Below, piece after piece: positions 60,791-64,000 of a stretch of 64,000 nt of DNA. The translations under genes were made by a program, and so were the position numbers. Location: positions 10,177-74,176 of the forward strand of contig JBBQVF010000007.1 in NCBI GenBank assembly GCA_038211805.1, given 5' to 3'. Every line of letters begins with the position of its first letter. The stretch's first letter is position 1. Source of the DNA: Burkholderiales bacterium (lineage in GTDB: Bacteria > Pseudomonadota > Gammaproteobacteria > Burkholderiales > Burkholderiaceae_C). The notes under the pieces were generated by a model. That model made no database searches. It had not been told where the DNA came from and worked only from the letters and a program-made list of their open reading frames with translations.

Positions 60791-60955
60791 ATGCTGCACT
60801 ACGCCGTCGTATTTTTCGTCATTGCGCTGATTGCCGCGCTGTTCGGCTTCGGCGGCATCGCTGCTGGCGCGATAGAGATCGGCAAGATCCTGTTCTTCGT
60901 CTTCGCCTTGCTGGCGGTTGTCAGCTTCCTGGTCGGCCTGTTTCGCAAGTCCTGA
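60791..60955 (+). CDS. DUF1328 (YtjA-like) small membrane protein
   Basis: [27 protein letters not shown]...; AGGAGG RBS. Confidence 0.9.
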   Translation: MLHYAVVFFVIALIAALFGFGGIAAGAIEIGKILFFVFALLAVVSFLVGLFRKS

Positions 60956-61021
60956 TCCGGTCCCCGGCACCCGTCTCTGCACAGCACCCGCTGCACCCGT
61001 CGTCACTTTCAAGGAATCGCC

Positions 61022-61402
61022 ATGTTCGGAATCAAACCCACCCCGTCGTCCGCCACGCTCGCCGAGTCTGCCACCCGTTCGGTCGACCATGCCCTCGGCG
61101 CAACCCGCCAGGCAACCAACGACGCCCTCGATGACCTGGGCAACGCTGCGCACCAGTTGCGCGACAAGACCGGGCCAATGATCGACCGCTTCAGCGACCA
61201 GGCCCATGCGCTGACGCGCCAGGGCATGGACGCCGTGCGGGACCAATCGCTGCACCTGCAAGCCCGCGCACGGCGCGCCTCGGAAGACACCCGCCACTAC
61301 GTCCGCGACGAGCCGGTCAAGTCGCTGCTGATCGCCACGGCAGCGGGTGCCGTTCTGATGGCTCTGGTCGGCCTGCTGGTACGGTCGCAGCGCGACCGCT
61401 GA
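61022..61402 (+). CDS. ElaB/YqjD-like tail-anchored protein
   Basis: Helical Ala-rich body; YVRDEPVKSLLIA followed by a C-terminal TM helix. Confidence 0.75.
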   Translation: MFGIKPTPSSATLAESATRSVDHALGATRQATNDALDDLGNAAHQLRDKTGPMIDRFSDQAHALTRQGMDAVRDQSLHLQARARRASEDTRHYVRDEPVKSLLIATAAGAVLMALVGLLVRSQRDR

Positions 61403-61573
61403 TGCAGTCGGTGATGCAGTCGCTGATGCAGTCGGTGACATGCCCGCCGGCCCGGGCACCCGCCAAGCTTCCCCAGGCGCTCGCACCGCGCCAGGCCCAG
61501 GCGGCGTGATCAACGCCGTCAGCGACAACAGCCAAACCCCGCGGCACCGGCCGGACCGGTGACCAGCCACCCG

Positions 61574-61612
61574 AAGGCCGCCACCCTGCAACAGCAGGGA
61601 GGCGGCCTTTTC
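61574..61612. terminator. Hairpin terminator between convergent genes
   Basis: AAGGCCGCC-A-CCCTGC / GCAGGG-A-GGCGGCCTT followed by TTC. Confidence 0.65.
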
Positions 61613-61613
61613 T

Positions 61614-61772
61614 TTAGATTCGGCCCATCACCAGCAACACCAGCAACACCAGCAGCACCAGGCCGAGGCCGCCGCTGGGGCCGTAGCCCCAGCCGCGGCT
61701 GTGCGGCCAAGCCGGTATGGCGCCGACCAGCAGCAACAGCAGGACGATCAGAACGATGGTCATCAGACTCAT
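61614..61772 (-). CDS. DUF3309-family small membrane protein (not in ORF track)
   Basis: 52 aa: MSLMTIVLIVLLLLLVGAIPAWPHSRGWGYGPSGGLGLVLLVLLVLLVMGRI*; AAGGAG RBS. Confidence 0.88.
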   Translation of the reverse strand: MSLMTIVLIVLLLLLVGAIPAWPHSRGWGYGPSGGLGLVLLVLLVLLVMGRI

Positions 61773-61806
61773 GGCGTGCTCCTTGGGTTGCAGAACATCC
61801 AGTGCT

Positions 61807-62022
61807 TCACTGGGTGGCCGAGGCAGCCGGTGCCGGCACCACGATCACCGTGGTGTCGGTACTGGACCTGCCGGGCTCGCCCTGCTTGCCGGCGGCGCCT
61901 GCGTCGCCCGTGGGGCCGGCTGGGCCGGGCACCACCACCGGCTGGATCACTTCGACCGGCTTGGTGCAGGCGCCGAGCAGGGCGGTGGAAAAAATCAGCG
62001 AAGCGAGAAGAACATGTTTCAT
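61807..62022 (-). CDS. Small lipoprotein with a short collagen-like G-X-Y run
   Basis: Lipobox LLGAC; GPAGPTGDAGAAGKQGEPG; AAGGA RBS. Confidence 0.72.
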   Translation of the reverse strand: MKHVLLASLIFSTALLGACTKPVEVIQPVVVPGPAGPTGDAGAAGKQGEPGRSSTDTTVIVVPAPAASATQ

Positions 62023-62266
62023 GGCAATTCCTTGGACAGAGGTCAGGGTAGGCGTCACACCACGGTGGGTGTCGCACGACGAACGCCTAGGTTAGGCAGC
62101 GGACCGCAATGGGTCGGTGCGCTGGCGAACGTTGTGGGTCGCGGGATCGCGTCCTACAGGCTCGCGCGCCCTGCGCCGATGGTTGGATGCCGGAGCGCTG
62201 CCTAGAGTGCTTTCACCGACCTGCAGCATGTCGCGACGGGCCACCACACACACCGACAGGAGCCGC

Positions 62267-62842
62267 ATGGCCGACCCCACCCAACCCACCCCGCACCGGC
62301 CCGCGCCGCAAGCGCAACGCCACCCTGCGATCGTGCTGGATCAGGGCGCGATCGACGCCGCCCGCCGCAGCCTGGACCAGGGCGCGGTGACGCCCGGCTA
62401 CGGCCCCTGGCGCGATGACATCATTGCGTTGCTGAACGACTCGCTGGCCACCGAGTGGGTCTGCGTGTTGCGCTACCGCCGCCACCACTTCACCGCCGCG
62501 GGGCTGGCTTCACCCAAGATCGCCGAAGAGTTTCTGGTCCATGCCAACGAGGAACTGGCGCACGCCGACCGGCTGGCACGGCGCATCGTGCAATTGGGCG
62601 GTGAACCCGACCTGTCGCCGGCCACCTTGCTGGCGCGCAGCCACGCTGCCTACGACGAGTCGTTGTCGTTGAAGGACATGATCCGCGCCAACCTGGTCGC
62701 CGAGCGCGTTGCCATCGAGATTTACAGCCAGTTGGTCAAACTGATCGGCGACAAGGACATCAGCACCCGGCGCCTGCTCGAAGACATCCTGGCCGACGAG
62801 CAGCAGCATGCCGACGAGCTCAAGGACTGGCTGGCCGACTGA
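62267..62842 (+). CDS. Bacterioferritin/ferritin-like protein
   Basis: ATEWVCVLRY, EELAHAD...RIVQLGG and DEQQHADEL di-iron motifs; AGGAG RBS. Confidence 0.85.
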   Translation: MADPTQPTPHRPAPQAQRHPAIVLDQGAIDAARRSLDQGAVTPGYGPWRDDIIALLNDSLATEWVCVLRYRRHHFTAAGLASPKIAEEFLVHANEELAHADRLARRIVQLGGEPDLSPATLLARSHAAYDESLSLKDMIRANLVAERVAIEIYSQLVKLIGDKDISTRRLLEDILADEQQHADELKDWLAD

Positions 62843-62899
62843 GTTCGCCCAGCGGCCCAGCCCCCCGATCCGATTTCACAACCCCCTAGGAGATTCACC

Positions 62900-63214
62900 A
62901 TGCAAGTTCGCCACACCCTCATTGCCGCCGCCACTGTCATCACGTTGCTGGTCAGTACCGGCTGCGCCGTCACCCGCAACCAGGAATCGGTGGGCGCCTA
63001 CATCGACGACAGCGCGATCACCACCGCGGTGAAGGCCAGCTTCGTCGACAGCGCCAAGGTCGACGCCAACGCCATCAGCGTCGAAACGATGAAGGGCACC
63101 GTGATGCTGTCGGGCTTCGCCAAGAACGCCACCGAGAAGACGACTGCCGAGGCGCTGGCCTGGAAGGTCGGCGGCGTCAAGGCGGTGAAGAACCAGGTCG
63201 CCATACGTCCGTGA
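62900..63214 (+). CDS. BON-domain lipoprotein (OsmY-like)
   Basis: STGC lipobox; IDDSAITTAVK ... GTVMLSGF ... VKAVKN. Confidence 0.9.
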   Translation: MQVRHTLIAAATVITLLVSTGCAVTRNQESVGAYIDDSAITTAVKASFVDSAKVDANAISVETMKGTVMLSGFAKNATEKTTAEALAWKVGGVKAVKNQVAIRP

Positions 63215-63270
63215 CCGACCGGGCGGCCAACCCGGCCGCCCCTGAGCACTGCCCTGAGACCGCAACGGTC

Positions 63271-63537
63271 TCAGGCGGCTGCCGGCAGCGACTTCAGGTC
63301 ATGCTCGCGCAGCATCACCGGCTCGATCGACCCCAGCGCCACCCGTCGGCGTACGGCCGCGTGGATCTCGTCGCTGTGGGCCAGGTAAGTGGTCATCGCG
63401 TCGTCGCCCTGGCGACCCGGCTCGAACCGGTAGTGCAGCGCGGCCGCGCCGACGCTGGCGCCTATCGGCAGGCCGTCCACCTCGACCCAAAATCGAACCG
63501 CCGACGTGTCGGCATGGAAGTAGGCGGCTGGGATCAT
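63271..63537 (-). CDS. Small conserved protein, DUF1488-like
   Basis: 88-aa ORF with VRFWV...ALHYRF...EPVMLREHD; fits between convergent and divergent neighbours. Confidence 0.6.
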   Translation of the reverse strand: MIPAAYFHADTSAVRFWVEVDGLPIGASVGAAALHYRFEPGRQGDDAMTTYLAHSDEIHAAVRRRVALGSIEPVMLREHDLKSLPAAA

Positions 63538-63737
63538 CAGGGGCTCCGGGCAAAGGTGGTCGGGCTCCGATCATGCCCTGGTCAAGGCCGCCCGACTGCG
63601 CGGCAGGCGTGGTTTGGCGGTCCCGTCGATCGCGCCGGCCAAGCCAGACGCTCCGGCCCCAGGGCGGTAATATTCGCAGCCCGTTGCCGAGCAGACAGCC
63701 GCGCCGGGCACCTTCACCGCCTTGGAAGCCAGCGCCC

Positions 63738-64000
63738 ATGTCCCGATTGATCTCGCACACGCTCACCGCTGTCCTCGCCCTGGCCCTGTCGTTGGGTGGC
63801 CTGGCAGGGCTGGCCGGCTGCGCTGCGTCCCCACAAGTGTCCGCCTTCACCGGCACCGGCGTGGTGTTGGCCATCGTCGAAAGCCAGCAAGCCGATGCCA
63901 CCAGCGGCATGGTGGGGTCGATCGGCGGGGCACTGCTGGGCGGCCTGCTGGGCAGCCAGGTGGGCGGCGGCACTGGCCAGGTGATCGCGGCCACCACCGG
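63738..64000 (+). CDS. Glycine-zipper 2TM lipoprotein (SlyB-like), 3' end outside window
   Basis: MSRLISHT...LAGC lipobox; GSIGGALLGGLLGSQVGGGTG. Confidence 0.8.
   Translation, partial: MSRLISHTLTAVLALALSLGGLAGLAGCAASPQVSAFTGTGVVLAIVESQQADATSGMVGSIGGALLGGLLGSQVGGGTGQVIAATT

Overview
GC-rich DNA that most likely comes from a betaproteobacterium of the Burkholderiales (inferred from gene order and protein style, not from a database search). Housekeeping blocks (ppiA-ppiB-lpxH-mtfA, clpA-clpS/cspD; gmk-rpoZ-spoT, greB, icmF) flank a ~28 kb beta-1,3-glucan (laminarin-type) utilisation locus at 7310-35701. The locus encodes GH81, four GH17 domains (one fused to an MFS sugar transporter), two GH16, GH30, GH1, a GH149-type glucan phosphorylase and glgC. 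It also encodes a porin-like protein, a second beta-barrel and multi-domain lipoproteins with tandem carbohydrate-binding-like modules, but no TonB-dependent transporter or SusD. Four perfect copies of the LacI-type palindrome TGAAAGCGCTTTCA mark its four promoters, and a collapsed ABC-permease relic sits at the head of one operon. The right third holds a second glgC, an Fnr/FixK-like regulator, a PAS two-component system, chaA, an M61-like protein lacking HEXXH, an isochorismatase-PPOX fusion and a cluster of small stress genes, including two small ORFs missing from the ORF track. Many short tandem duplications sit on or next to stop codons. I saw no rRNA, tRNA, CRISPR or transposase. Family calls come from motif recognition by eye.
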